Source: an uncultured Gammaproteobacteria bacterium
GTDB lineage: Bacteria > Patescibacteriota > Microgenomatia > Levybacterales > GWA1-39-11
Assembly (NCBI GenBank): GCA_964568885.1
Contig: CAZMSF010000004.1
Coordinates: 1-62,869, forward strand
Direction of reading: 5' to 3'
DNA: 62,869 nucleotides
In this document: in pieces, positions 17,979-26,871 of the stretch
Layout: each line of letters opens with the position of its first letter
Position numbering within the stretch: position 1 is the stretch's first letter
Program-made: the position numbers and the translations under genes
Notes under the pieces: generated by a model
Told to the model about the DNA's origin: nothing
What the model saw: only the letters and a program-made list of their open reading frames with translations
Databases searched by the model: none

Positions 17979-18007
17979 ATTATCAAACCAAACGTTTCTT
18001 ATTTCAA
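17979..18007 (-). promoter_or_regulatory. Candidate lepB promoter TTGAAA-17-GATAAT
   Basis: On the minus strand, TTGAAA (18007..18002), a 17-nt spacer and GATAAT (17984..17979), 28 nt upstream of the lepB ATG. Confidence 0.35.
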
Positions 18008-18039
18008 GAACTTTTTTGTCGCAAGAAAAAACGCCTTGC

Positions 18040-18069
18040 AAAAAAATTGTCCGGAAAGCATCCCGGACA
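18040..18069 (-). terminator. Intrinsic terminator with no annotated upstream gene
   Basis: The minus strand reads TGTCCGG-GATGCTTT-CCGGACA followed by A and T7. This is a 7-bp GC-rich stem with an 8-nt loop and a U tract. On the plus strand no T tract follows. Confidence 0.6.
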
Positions 18070-18236
18070 CATTCATTGTGAATAAAAAATCTTCATTTGT
18101 CAATCTAAATCAATTATTTCTGTTACAATACAGAAAATAGAATTGAGCCTAAAGATGCTTTAGCACTCCTGGTCTTTAAGTGATAATAGGGGATGCGATT
18201 CAGTTTGGACCGTAAAATCAATCTAAAGTGAAAAAA
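18070..18236 (-). ncRNA. Candidate small RNA or leader ending at the orphan terminator
   Basis: There is no plausible ORF here. Promoter-like TTGATA-16-TATATA lies at 18270..18243 on the minus strand. Internal hairpins are CTAAAG-CAT-CTTTAG and TTCTGT-ATTGTA-ACAGAA, and the terminator lies at 18040..18069. Confidence 0.25.
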
Positions 18237-18271
18237 TCTAACTATATAAAAATGATATTATCTATATCAAT

Positions 18272-19294
18272 ATGATACAGAAGAAAAGAATTTTATTCCT
18301 CACAAGATTATACCATCCTCACATAGGCGGTGTCGAGAAGCACGTTGAAGAGCTGTCTTCAGTGTTCATAAAAAAGGGGTACGAAATAACTATCATTACG
18401 GAAAAATTCAATAAGAAACTTCCGGGAAGTGATGTAATAAAAGGGTGCAAAGTATATCGCATTGATATTCCGGGTAACGCCTTTCTAAAAAAATTTTTTA
18501 TATGGAAATGGATGGTTCTCCATGTGAATATAATAGCCCAGTCAGATATCTTGCATATCCATGACGTGTTTTATTGGTATATTCCTTTTCGTTTTTTATT
18601 TTTATTTAAAAAAACATACATAACCTTCCATGGTTACGAGGGATTTCCGATAAAAAGGACATGGAAAATGCAAAGGAAATTGGCTGAAGTGCTCACAAAT
18701 GGCAATATATGCGTCGGAGAGTTCATGAAAAAGTGGTATAAAACACGTCCTACCTCAGTCATCTATGGTGGAGTGAGGCTGGAAGGCAAAAAATATATGT
18801 CAAAAGCACGTACGGGTGTATTTTTTGGGAGACTAGATGGGCAAACAGGAATACTCGACTATATAAAAGCCTATAATTTGGTAAAAAGGAAATATCCCGA
18901 TTTTGTGATGACTGTTGTCGGGGAGGGGAAATTAAAAGTCCGTATTCCTAAAGGAGTAAATGTTATCGGGTTTCGGAAGGATATTTATCCCTATATTCAA
19001 AAGAATAGACTAATATTTGTTTCAAGGTATCTATCAATGCTTGAGGCACTTGCTTCAAAAAGGGAAGTTATCGCAACCTACGACAATGCTGTAAAAAGGG
19101 ATTATCTGCTTCTTTCCCCCTTCAAAAAATACATTCATGTTGGAAGTAGTGCCTCAGAAATTGCAGATATCGTAATAACGCTTCTTGGACGAAAAACACC
19201 ATCAAAAGAGCTTTATATGGGAGCAAAATGGGCTCAAACTCAGACGTGGGATAAAGTTGCAACAACCTATCTTTCCCTTTGGAATACAAAATAA
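18272..19294 (+). CDS. Glycosyltransferase, GT4-type (GT-B fold)
   Basis: N-terminal LTRLYHPHIGGVEKHVEEL motif and typical GT1/GT4 size. Extended -10 TGATATTAT at 18253..18261. Confidence 0.75.
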   Translation: MIQKKRILFLTRLYHPHIGGVEKHVEELSSVFIKKGYEITIITEKFNKKLPGSDVIKGCKVYRIDIPGNAFLKKFFIWKWMVLHVNIIAQSDILHIHDVFYWYIPFRFLFLFKKTYITFHGYEGFPIKRTWKMQRKLAEVLTNGNICVGEFMKKWYKTRPTSVIYGGVRLEGKKYMSKARTGVFFGRLDGQTGILDYIKAYNLVKRKYPDFVMTVVGEGKLKVRIPKGVNVIGFRKDIYPYIQKNRLIFVSRYLSMLEALASKREVIATYDNAVKRDYLLLSPFKKYIHVGSSASEIADIVITLLGRKTPSKELYMGAKWAQTQTWDKVATTYLSLWNTK

Positions 19295-20970
19295 TACGTC
19301 AAATATAGAAGGGTTGAGGCAAATGCAAAAAGACTTATTGTGTTTCCCAGCCTTCTTACGGGAGTATCCTCAAATTTTAATGACACTTTATATGTGCCCT
19401 CAGGCAATGTAAATGTAATAAGTCCGGTTTTCCCATTGTCCACCATAAATTGATGTATTTTCCCGTTCACATATAAATTCCAGCCAGGAAAATACAGAGT
19501 GTTTTCTCTAATGGAAGACTCTTTTAGTACTCTGATAGCATATTCATGCACAATAGGAGTTCTTTTGGTGGACTTTATCAGTGCTTCACCTTTTAAAACG
19601 GCAATAGGAGAAGCGGGGTGAGTTGCGAACCAAAGGTTTGTATTGTCCCTCCATCTCGGAACCGCGGCTTGTAGCCCTTCTCCCTCGGAGGTTGCAATGG
19701 GTACATGCCGGATAAGGTATTCATCGGTAATGTCAGTTATCATGCCTCTCGTTCCCCAATTGAGTATCGTTAGTACTATCGCAAAGAAAGCAAGCGTTAC
19801 AATAACCTTCCGGTTCATGTACTCCGAAGAAATGCCTCCAACAATTGCCAGTACGAATGAAATAGGAAGCATGAGACGGTATGCAAATTGAAAATTTGTC
19901 ATCATTGGAAGGCTTTTCCAGAGAGGCAAAGATATGGGAAAGAGTAAAAAAAGTAAAGCAAAAAAAATTGAAAGACTTCCAATAAGAATTTTTTTATGGA
20001 TTTTTTTTATTCGCGATTTCATTAAAAAGACCAAGGCAACTATAAGCATGAGCAGTTGGATAATTCCCATAGGAAAGGAGATCTGACCCGTAGGTCCTTG
20101 ATAGAGAAAACCATATCTCCATGGAGAAAGAAAATAAAGAGAAGGGTTTTCAAAAGAGATGCTTTTCCCGAATTGATGCTGCAGCGTAGAAGTTGTTTCT
20201 GCGAGTGCTGGAAGCCAATAAAATGAAGCGAAAAAAAGGCCTGTTGTTAATGCTAAAAATACCCGGGCTTTATTTACTTTTTTGATGAAAAGTGGAAGTG
20301 TAAAAATAAAAGGAGTTGCAACAACAGTGATTGCCGGGTGGGAAAGAATAAGAGCTGCATAACAAACGGCACAGAAGAAGAAATTCCATACCGATATTTT
20401 CATTGAGAGTTTTATCGTAAAATAAAACACAAAAGGTAAAAGGGCGTATGCAAATAATTCACCTATTGCTACTCTAAAATGCATATCCACGAGATGGTAG
20501 GGGGCAAATAAATATAAAATGCTTGAAAATGCCGAAGGCACGGGTTTTAAAAACGTACGTGTCATTTTGTACATTCCTATTCCGGAAAATATGAATGTAC
20601 CTGCAATAAGAATTTTTTCGGAAAGAATGAAAGAGATGCCAAAAATTTTCAAAACTGCCAGAAGGTAGTAGGGTAAAGGATAAATAAAAATAAAAAGCGG
20701 ATATCCGTATGTGAAATTAAGAACTGCCGCCCAATGCACCGGAAAAATTCCATATTGCAAAGAATTCCATAAATCAACTGCCCGCTCTATGTGGAGAGCA
20801 AAATCCCCGCTTTGATGGACTCCTTTTCTGAGTAACGAAATGAGAGGAAGCAGTGACGCAAGTATGGTTATTTGGAAGGGGTAATTTTTCGACTTACGTA
20901 GAAAAAAAGAAATTGTCACAAAAAGAAAAAGTGCAATAAGGCTGACAACAACAAGTCGGTACGATTCCAT
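19267..20970 (-). CDS. Large polytopic membrane protein, GT-C-like (PTPS-related/YfhO-like) with C-terminal extracytoplasmic domain
   Basis: At least 12 TM helices, a first-loop motif SGDFALHIERAVDLW and a soluble C-terminus. The start is set to ATG 20970 (M58), because upstream starts overlap the divergent GT2 gene. Confidence 0.5.
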   Translation of the reverse strand: MESYRLVVVSLIALFLFVTISFFLRKSKNYPFQITILASLLPLISLLRKGVHQSGDFALHIERAVDLWNSLQYGIFPVHWAAVLNFTYGYPLFIFIYPLPYYLLAVLKIFGISFILSEKILIAGTFIFSGIGMYKMTRTFLKPVPSAFSSILYLFAPYHLVDMHFRVAIGELFAYALLPFVFYFTIKLSMKISVWNFFFCAVCYAALILSHPAITVVATPFIFTLPLFIKKVNKARVFLALTTGLFFASFYWLPALAETTSTLQHQFGKSISFENPSLYFLSPWRYGFLYQGPTGQISFPMGIIQLLMLIVALVFLMKSRIKKIHKKILIGSLSIFFALLFLLFPISLPLWKSLPMMTNFQFAYRLMLPISFVLAIVGGISSEYMNRKVIVTLAFFAIVLTILNWGTRGMITDITDEYLIRHVPIATSEGEGLQAAVPRWRDNTNLWFATHPASPIAVLKGEALIKSTKRTPIVHEYAIRVLKESSIRENTLYFPGWNLYVNGKIHQFMVDNGKTGLITFTLPEGTYKVSLKFEDTPVRRLGNTISLFAFASTLLYLTYYFVFQRER

Positions 20971-20977
20971 TAGTGGT

Positions 20978-21006
20978 ATTATAACGCCTGGAAAAAGCGG
21001 TATAAT
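20978..21006. promoter_or_regulatory. Back-to-back -10 hexamers for divergent genes
   Basis: TATAAT on the plus strand (21001..21006) lies 7 nt before ATG 21014. TATAAT on the minus strand (20983..20978) lies 7 nt before ATG 20970. Confidence 0.4.
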
Positions 21007-21013
21007 AGCAAAA

Positions 21014-21940
21014 ATGAAAAAAGCATTCATAACTACCGTATATAACGAGGAAAAAACAATAGCTCTTCTTTTAGACAGTCTGCTGAAGCAAAATGAAATT
21101 CCGAACGAAATAATTCTCGTTGATGCTTTCTCGAAAGACAAAACATTTCAAATCCTCAGTGATTTCAAAAAAAAGTACCCAAAACTTATTAAAGTTTTTC
21201 GGAAAAAAGGGAACCGTTCGGAAGGCAGGAATTTTGCAATCAAAAATGCAAGGTCGGATATCATTGCGGCAAGTGATAGCGGATGCATTCTTAAGAAAGA
21301 CTGGTTTAACGAAATAACAAAGCCATTCAAGGAAAAAAATATCGACGTAGTTGCAGGATTTTACAAACCGATAACAAGAAATAGCTTTGAAAAATGCCTG
21401 TCTGTTTATACCTGTGTTATGGAGGATAAAGTCACAAAGGATTTTTTACCGTCTTCCAGATCCATTGCTTTTCGAAAGAATGCTTGGAAGAATGTGGACG
21501 GTTATCCCGAGCAACTTGATACATGTGAAGATTTGGTGTTCGCGAAAAAAATGAAAAAAGAAGGAATGAAATTTTCAGTAAACAAAAAAGCAATAGTTTA
21601 TTGGCCCCAGCGTAAAAATATTCTTCAAGCGTTCCGACAATTCTTTAGCTACGCCAAGGGAGATGGGAAAGCATTATATATAAGGCGTCAAACACCCTTC
21701 CTTTTTATTAGGATGATTGGTGGATTCCTTTTATTGTTGCTATTGTTTTACTCACCCAGCACTCAGAACAAATTGATAATATTGGTGTTAATGCTGCTAT
21801 ATTCAATATTGTCTGTCTTAAAAAATGCTCGCTATATTAACCATACAAAAGATGTTTTGAATTTGATTTTATTACAATTATCCTCGGATATTGCAGTCTT
21901 TTTTGGTTTTATTTATGGTGTATTCAAAAGACTTGGGTAA
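21014..21940 (+). CDS. Glycosyltransferase family 2 with C-terminal TM segments
   Basis: FITTVYNEEKTIALLLDSLLKQ...IILVDAFSKDKT (GT-A DxD region), CEDLVF, and a hydrophobic C-terminal third. Confidence 0.8.
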   Translation: MKKAFITTVYNEEKTIALLLDSLLKQNEIPNEIILVDAFSKDKTFQILSDFKKKYPKLIKVFRKKGNRSEGRNFAIKNARSDIIAASDSGCILKKDWFNEITKPFKEKNIDVVAGFYKPITRNSFEKCLSVYTCVMEDKVTKDFLPSSRSIAFRKNAWKNVDGYPEQLDTCEDLVFAKKMKKEGMKFSVNKKAIVYWPQRKNILQAFRQFFSYAKGDGKALYIRRQTPFLFIRMIGGFLLLLLLFYSPSTQNKLIILVLMLLYSILSVLKNARYINHTKDVLNLILLQLSSDIAVFFGFIYGVFKRLG

Positions 21941-21942
21941 AG

Positions 21943-23400
21943 TTAAGCAAAAGAGCTTATTATAAGTTTGATACTTAATTTCAATGTTTTTGGTGTAAAC
22001 ACCTGTACTAAGGTAAAATAACTGGCTGTTGCAATAACTACTTTTACAAAAAAATCGACAATTGTCTTTGATTCATAGAAATTTATTAAATAAAAGCAGC
22101 AGGAGCTCAAAAGTAAAATCAATGCATTTGACAATAAAATCTTCGTTAGGTTTATAGATATCTCGGACCTTCGGCAAAAGATTATGAATGCAAAAAACAA
22201 AATAGCATTGCTAACGAAAAACCCTACGGCAATTCCATAAAAACCAAGTCTTATCATTAATAAATACGAAATTAAAATTTCAAATAAAGTTATCAGGGAA
22301 CCTACTACAAGCATTAATCTCAATTTGCCGACTGCAAGTAGAGCATGCCCCATAAGTCCGTTTCCGTTAAGAAAAAAAATGCTTGCAACATACCATATTA
22401 GCGCCGGTAAGGCGGGAAGCCATCTGTCATTTAAAAAATAATGGATGGTATCATAGCCAAAAATAACTGTTATTGGAATTGCAAATATAGCGGCAATACT
22501 CAGAATACCAAATGCATGTTCAAGAGAAGTCGCAATAATCTTTTTGTCATTCTGCATTCTTGAAAAGGATGCAAATGAAACTCTTCCGACATTGTCGATA
22601 AATACCCGAGGAAAGGAAGAGATATTATAGCTCCAGTCAAGAAGTCCAACTTGGGCGGTTGGCAGATTGACACCTGCCATAACAGGTATTGTAGAATTTT
22701 TTATTACCGACAAAATTAGACCAAGCTGAAAATATTTCCCTACGTTTATATAATTCCTCACCTCCTTTAGATTAAATTCCAATACTGGGACTAATGGTTT
22801 GTAGATAAATGTGACCGTGTTTTCTATAATCGTTTTAACAACAACCGCCCACACAAAACTCCAAATTCCAAATCCGATATTTGCCATTACAATTGCGATT
22901 ATGTAATAAGAAATAATGCCGCTAACATCAATAATTGCGATAGCTTTGTATTTTAAATCCCGTTCCAAAAGAGATGTTATAAGTGATTGCATGGGTTTTA
23001 GTAAAAGCGTTATTGAAAGAATATTAAGCATCGTTAGCTCACTCGGTCCAAAACTTGGATATATGAAATGAAGGAGCGGAGCTATTATAAAAAGAAGTAC
23101 TACTGCTATGGCAGCCATTGCGAATTTAATATATAAGATTGTGGAAATCTGTCTTTTTGATGCGTTTTCATTCTTCTGAATTAACGAGAGATTGAGTCCG
23201 ATGTCCGTAAATATTTCCGCTATTCCAAGGATAAAGGAGAGTATCGCAAATATTCCAAATGCAGAAGGCGAAAGAAGCCTGACGAGTAAAATTTGACCTA
23301 AGATTGCGATTCCTTTCATTCCCACCTCTCTCCACAATAATTGCGCCGTTCCCTTGACAGTCTTTTTCTTGAGTCGTTGGAGGTGAATCTTCGAAGCCAT
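21943..23400 (-). CDS. Oligosaccharide/polysaccharide flippase (Wzx-like, MOP superfamily)
   Basis: 485 aa with about 12-14 TM helices and an N-terminal basic stretch followed by LLVRLLSPSAFGIF, typical of polysaccharide biosynthesis (Wzx) proteins. Confidence 0.7.
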   Translation of the reverse strand: MASKIHLQRLKKKTVKGTAQLLWREVGMKGIAILGQILLVRLLSPSAFGIFAILSFILGIAEIFTDIGLNLSLIQKNENASKRQISTILYIKFAMAAIAVVLLFIIAPLLHFIYPSFGPSELTMLNILSITLLLKPMQSLITSLLERDLKYKAIAIIDVSGIISYYIIAIVMANIGFGIWSFVWAVVVKTIIENTVTFIYKPLVPVLEFNLKEVRNYINVGKYFQLGLILSVIKNSTIPVMAGVNLPTAQVGLLDWSYNISSFPRVFIDNVGRVSFASFSRMQNDKKIIATSLEHAFGILSIAAIFAIPITVIFGYDTIHYFLNDRWLPALPALIWYVASIFFLNGNGLMGHALLAVGKLRLMLVVGSLITLFEILISYLLMIRLGFYGIAVGFFVSNAILFFAFIIFCRRSEISINLTKILLSNALILLLSSCCFYLINFYESKTIVDFFVKVVIATASYFTLVQVFTPKTLKLSIKLIISSFA

Positions 23401-23422
23401 AATTACTATTTTGAGGAAGCTG

Positions 23423-24100
23423 TTACTTCAGCAGATTGTTCTTCTTAAACTCTTCCCATGCCTTATCAAATTCTATAATAGTTTCTTCGGTCTTTTTCTC
23501 CACAAGCATTGCACTCAGTATAGTTGGCGGAATTGTAACAATATCGCTTCCGCAAGCAAAAGCATTGCCGACATCTCTCACATTTCGAATAGAGCCGGTA
23601 ATAATTTGGGTTTTGTAATCTCCATAATCAATAAAATTTCTTGATCTTTTTATTATTTCAAGTCCATCATAGCCAACATCATTTGCCCTGTTTAGAAAAA
23701 TACTTGCGTAGGTAGCTCCTGCGTTTATTGCAAGCAGCATTTGTTCAAAAGAAACCATGACGGTTGCGTTAGTTTTGATTTTTAACTTTGAGAGACATTT
23801 TATTGCAGTTAAGCCTGTACCATCTATTGTCATCGGGACCTTAATTACCACGTTTTTATCCCAACTTGAAATTTTTTTTGCTTCCTTTATCATGCCATCC
23901 AAAGTGTCATGGGTAGTTAATTCTATAGAGACGGGAACATTTATGAGTTTGCAGATTGAGAGGACAGTTTTTTTAAAATCAATATTTTTTTGTAATGAAA
24001 ATATTTTTTGATTTGTTGTAACTCCACTTAAAGATAGACGGTTTTTCCATTCCTTTATATCAGAAATACTTGCAGTATCTATGAAAATTGAACGTGCCAT
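23423..24100 (-). CDS. Transaldolase / fructose-6-phosphate aldolase family (TalC/Fsa-type, 225 aa)
   Basis: IFIDTASISDIKEW...GVTTNQ and the Schiff-base lysine context VVIKVPMT. Confidence 0.85.
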   Translation of the reverse strand: MARSIFIDTASISDIKEWKNRLSLSGVTTNQKIFSLQKNIDFKKTVLSICKLINVPVSIELTTHDTLDGMIKEAKKISSWDKNVVIKVPMTIDGTGLTAIKCLSKLKIKTNATVMVSFEQMLLAINAGATYASIFLNRANDVGYDGLEIIKRSRNFIDYGDYKTQIITGSIRNVRDVGNAFACGSDIVTIPPTILSAMLVEKKTEETIIEFDKAWEEFKKNNLLK

Positions 24101-24127
24101 TGGTATGATTTAAAAATAATCATACCA
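24101..24127 (-). promoter_or_regulatory. Perfect 10-bp stem-loop filling the intercistronic gap and abutting the transaldolase ATG
   Basis: TGGTATGATT-7 nt loop-AATCATACCA. On the mRNA strand the 3' arm is immediately followed by the ATG (24100). No U tract follows on either strand. Confidence 0.5.
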
Positions 24128-24132
24128 CAATG

Positions 24133-24912
24133 TTAGGTGTTATCAAAAAGAATTTTTATGGTGCTGTAGTTGAAGTTAAGTTTATGATTGCGAAGCATAT
24201 TTTCTATCATAGCCTTTTTGTCTAATCTTTTTTTAGCTCCTGTTTTATATGCAATAATGCCCAAACTTAATGGGAGAAGATCCTCGTCATAACAGCATCG
24301 AAAAATCAACATATGTTGAAATCCGGCATTCCTGAATATTTTTTTTAGTGTTTCTTTATCGAAAAGAGTTTTATGTAATTGTGCTAACCACCACGTCGGT
24401 GCTTGTTCAGGATCGCCGTGCGTAAGTCTATATGCTTGATGAAGGTCGAACAATTTTCTTTTGGTCATTTTTTGCTTTGAAAGATAAGAGCGGGATATTT
24501 CTTCAAAATCGGGAATACTAAAAATGGCTGCTGTCCCTCCTTTTTTTAGGACTCGATAAATTTCGTTAATGGTTTTCTGCCTTTCAGAAAGATATACGTG
24601 TTCTAAAAAGGCATTCGCAAATACATATTCTACAGAGCTGTTTGGTAAAAACTTGAGGTCGGTACAATCTGAAATAATATCTGTGGCGGTCGTTGCCCGA
24701 ATATCAACGTTAATGAAGTTATCAATCTTAATTTCTCCGCACCCCAAATGTATTTTGTGTGATCTTTTTAATAAATCAGATATTGTGAGTTTGTTGTAAT
24801 AGGACGTAAATACCCAGTAAATATATTTACAAGAAAAAATGCATTTTTTCAATGAACCCTTAACAAAGGGAGGGAGCATATGTTTTACTTGAGCTTTAAG
24901 ATTGACCGACAT
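24133..24912 (-). CDS. Class I SAM-dependent methyltransferase
   Basis: Motif I-like IHLGCGEIKID and post-I/II LKKGGTAAIFSIPD. Embedded in the heptose operon. Confidence 0.65.
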   Translation of the reverse strand: MSVNLKAQVKHMLPPFVKGSLKKCIFSCKYIYWVFTSYYNKLTISDLLKRSHKIHLGCGEIKIDNFINVDIRATTATDIISDCTDLKFLPNSSVEYVFANAFLEHVYLSERQKTINEIYRVLKKGGTAAIFSIPDFEEISRSYLSKQKMTKRKLFDLHQAYRLTHGDPEQAPTWWLAQLHKTLFDKETLKKIFRNAGFQHMLIFRCCYDEDLLPLSLGIIAYKTGAKKRLDKKAMIENMLRNHKLNFNYSTIKILFDNT

Positions 24913-24917
24913 ATGAA

Positions 24918-25517
24918 TTATTTTTTACTTTTTATTACTTCCAATGCTTGATCTAAATTCTTAACAATAAATTTTGGCGGCGATCCCTTCAGCCGTTCTT
25001 CAAACTCTTCAAGATAAACAGTTTCGTTCACGTTGGTGATCAGGATTGTTTTTAATCCAACAGCATTTCCGGCTATTATATCGAATAGGCCGTCTCCAAT
25101 TGCCCATGATTTTTTTGGATCGATATCAAACCTTTTTATTGCTTTCGCGTATGACAAGGTTTTGGGTTTTCGACAGAAGCAGTCTTTTCTATATTTTTTG
25201 ACATCCGCAAATGGATGATGAAAGCAGTAATATTCGGCATCGAGTGTTACGCCTTTCTTTTTCAACTCTTTTTTTATGTAGGTCGTCAAACTTTTAAATT
25301 GTTCCATACTCATTTTCTTTATCCCAATATTGGGTTGATTGGAAACAACTATCAGCAAATAACCTAATTTTTTTGCTTCTATCAGAAGGTTGAAAATCCC
25401 AAACACAAATTCTACCTGGGCTTGATTAAGCGGTGTATGAATTATCCCTAGTTCCGTATCATAATGGAGTTTATTAATAATTCCATCTTTGTCCAAAAAT
25501 ATTGCTTTTTTTTTCAT
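24918..25517 (-). CDS. gmhB: D-glycero-D-manno-heptose 1,7-bisphosphate phosphatase (HAD)
   Basis: HAD motif I FLDKDGIIN, VVSNQPNIG, zinc-binding CFHHP...DCFCRKPK, and GDGLFDI. Confidence 0.85.
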   Translation of the reverse strand: MKKKAIFLDKDGIINKLHYDTELGIIHTPLNQAQVEFVFGIFNLLIEAKKLGYLLIVVSNQPNIGIKKMSMEQFKSLTTYIKKELKKKGVTLDAEYYCFHHPFADVKKYRKDCFCRKPKTLSYAKAIKRFDIDPKKSWAIGDGLFDIIAGNAVGLKTILITNVNETVYLEEFEERLKGSPPKFIVKNLDQALEVIKSKK

Positions 25518-26236
25518 TCGTTGTAGGCTCCATTTCTTAAGTCATCCTCGGCTCTTTTCAACTTTTCAATAGTGCCAACATCCAAAAAATATCCAGTTTG
25601 TATGTTGGCATAAATCTTTTTTTTATCGGAAACGATTTTTGGGAAAACGTCCTTCCCAAAATCGCTGGGGATGCCGTTGGGAATGTAGTCAAAAACTTCA
25701 GGTTCGAGTATATACAAACTTGCATTTGACCAAATTTTTCCGAGCGGTAGCTTTCTTGGACGTTCCAAAAAGTCAATAATTCTGCCCATTCTATTAAAAG
25801 TTACGATGCTTTTTGGATTAGGTTTTTTATTGTCATAAACTCCGATAGTTGTAATAGCCTTTTTCTTCTTGTGAAATTCGATAAGGCTGTTGATATTTGA
25901 TTCCCTCAAAATATCACCCGCACAAACAACAAAAGTATCTTTTATTTTTCCCCTCAGCGCCGATAAGGCTCCCGCCGTTCCAAGAGGACTATTCTCACTC
26001 TCTATTATATAGGAAGTGTTAATTCCAAATTTTTTTCCATCACCAAAATATTCTTTTATTTTTTGAGGCAAATAGCAAAGAGTAAATACAAAATCCTTAT
26101 ATCCGTTTTTTTTGAATAGATTTACGGTATATTCAATTAGCGGTTTGCCGCCGACCTTTACCATAGGTTTTGGAAGGGTATTTGTAAGGGGAAGGAGTCG
26201 TTCTCCTTTTCCTCCGGCAAGAAGTATTATTTTCAC
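25514..26236 (-). CDS. hddC: Sugar-1-phosphate nucleotidyltransferase, probable heptose-1-phosphate guanylyltransferase
   Basis: MKIILLAGGKGERLLPLTNTLPKPMV nucleotidyltransferase signature. Sits between gmhB and gmhA and overlaps both neighbours. Nucleotide specificity is inferred from context. Confidence 0.7.
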   Translation of the reverse strand: MKIILLAGGKGERLLPLTNTLPKPMVKVGGKPLIEYTVNLFKKNGYKDFVFTLCYLPQKIKEYFGDGKKFGINTSYIIESENSPLGTAGALSALRGKIKDTFVVCAGDILRESNINSLIEFHKKKKAITTIGVYDNKKPNPKSIVTFNRMGRIIDFLERPRKLPLGKIWSNASLYILEPEVFDYIPNGIPSDFGKDVFPKIVSDKKKIYANIQTGYFLDVGTIEKLKRAEDDLRNGAYNE

Positions 26237-26868
26237 TGTTTTAAGTATTGGTTTATGAGCTCTCTCAATCTATGGATTATTAAGTGATGTATAACTACAT
26301 GAATGCCTTCAACTTGAGGAGTTATTGTTTGTTTGTTGACTGTCGGGACGACTATGCAGGCATCTGCAGTTTGTTTCATTATGCCTCCAGTGTCACCAGC
26401 CATGCCCAAAAGTATTGCATGGTGCTTTCTTGCCAGCGCAAATGCTTTTGGTATGTTTTGCGACCATTTCCCAAACTTTGTTTCACCGGAGCCGCCATGA
26501 ACGGAGAAAGCGAAGACTATGTCACCCTTTTTAATCCAAGTCAATAATTGTTCGGAAAATATAGAATCGAATCCAATATCATTTGTCACCGCACTTGTTA
26601 GCGGCATGTTGTCGTTGAGGCACAACACCTTGAATCTTTTTTTTGCATTTTTTCCCTCAATCCCGTCAGTTGGATATTTGGCCAAATCCGCTGCAAAATG
26701 AGAAGCGGTTGATGATGAGCCACCGTTTCCCATGACAAAAACAGTTGAATTTCTCTTCCAGCCTTCAAAAAGAATGTCTACGACTTCTGCAATATCCTTA
26801 ATGGGTAAAGAGTTGAGTATTTCATTTGTTTCTTTAAGATAGTCTTTTATAAAAGGTTTGTTAGTCAT
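26233..26868 (-). CDS. gmhA: Sedoheptulose-7-phosphate isomerase (SIS domain)
   Basis: VFVMGNGGSSSTASHFAADL SIS motif, about 210 aa, in operon context with hddA, gmhB and hddC. Confidence 0.8.
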   Translation of the reverse strand: MTNKPFIKDYLKETNEILNSLPIKDIAEVVDILFEGWKRNSTVFVMGNGGSSSTASHFAADLAKYPTDGIEGKNAKKRFKVLCLNDNMPLTSAVTNDIGFDSIFSEQLLTWIKKGDIVFAFSVHGGSGETKFGKWSQNIPKAFALARKHHAILLGMAGDTGGIMKQTADACIVVPTVNKQTITPQVEGIHVVIHHLIIHRLRELINQYLKQ

Positions 26869-26871
26869 AAT

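Noticed and set aside
17949-18140. A 63-aa plus-strand ORF in the lepB / GT4 intergenic gap
   Set aside because: It starts inside the lepB start region. It has no ribosome-binding or promoter context and no recognisable motif. It also spans the hairpin and A-tract that make sense as a minus-strand terminator. I treated the region as non-coding.
20971-21141. Upstream starts (21030, 21141) for the 624-aa minus-strand membrane ORF
   Set aside because: They would overlap the divergent GT2 gene by 17-128 nt and add a non-hydrophobic, poorly complex N-terminus. ATG 20970 begins directly at the first TM helix and has a -10 box 7 nt upstream. This remains unproven.
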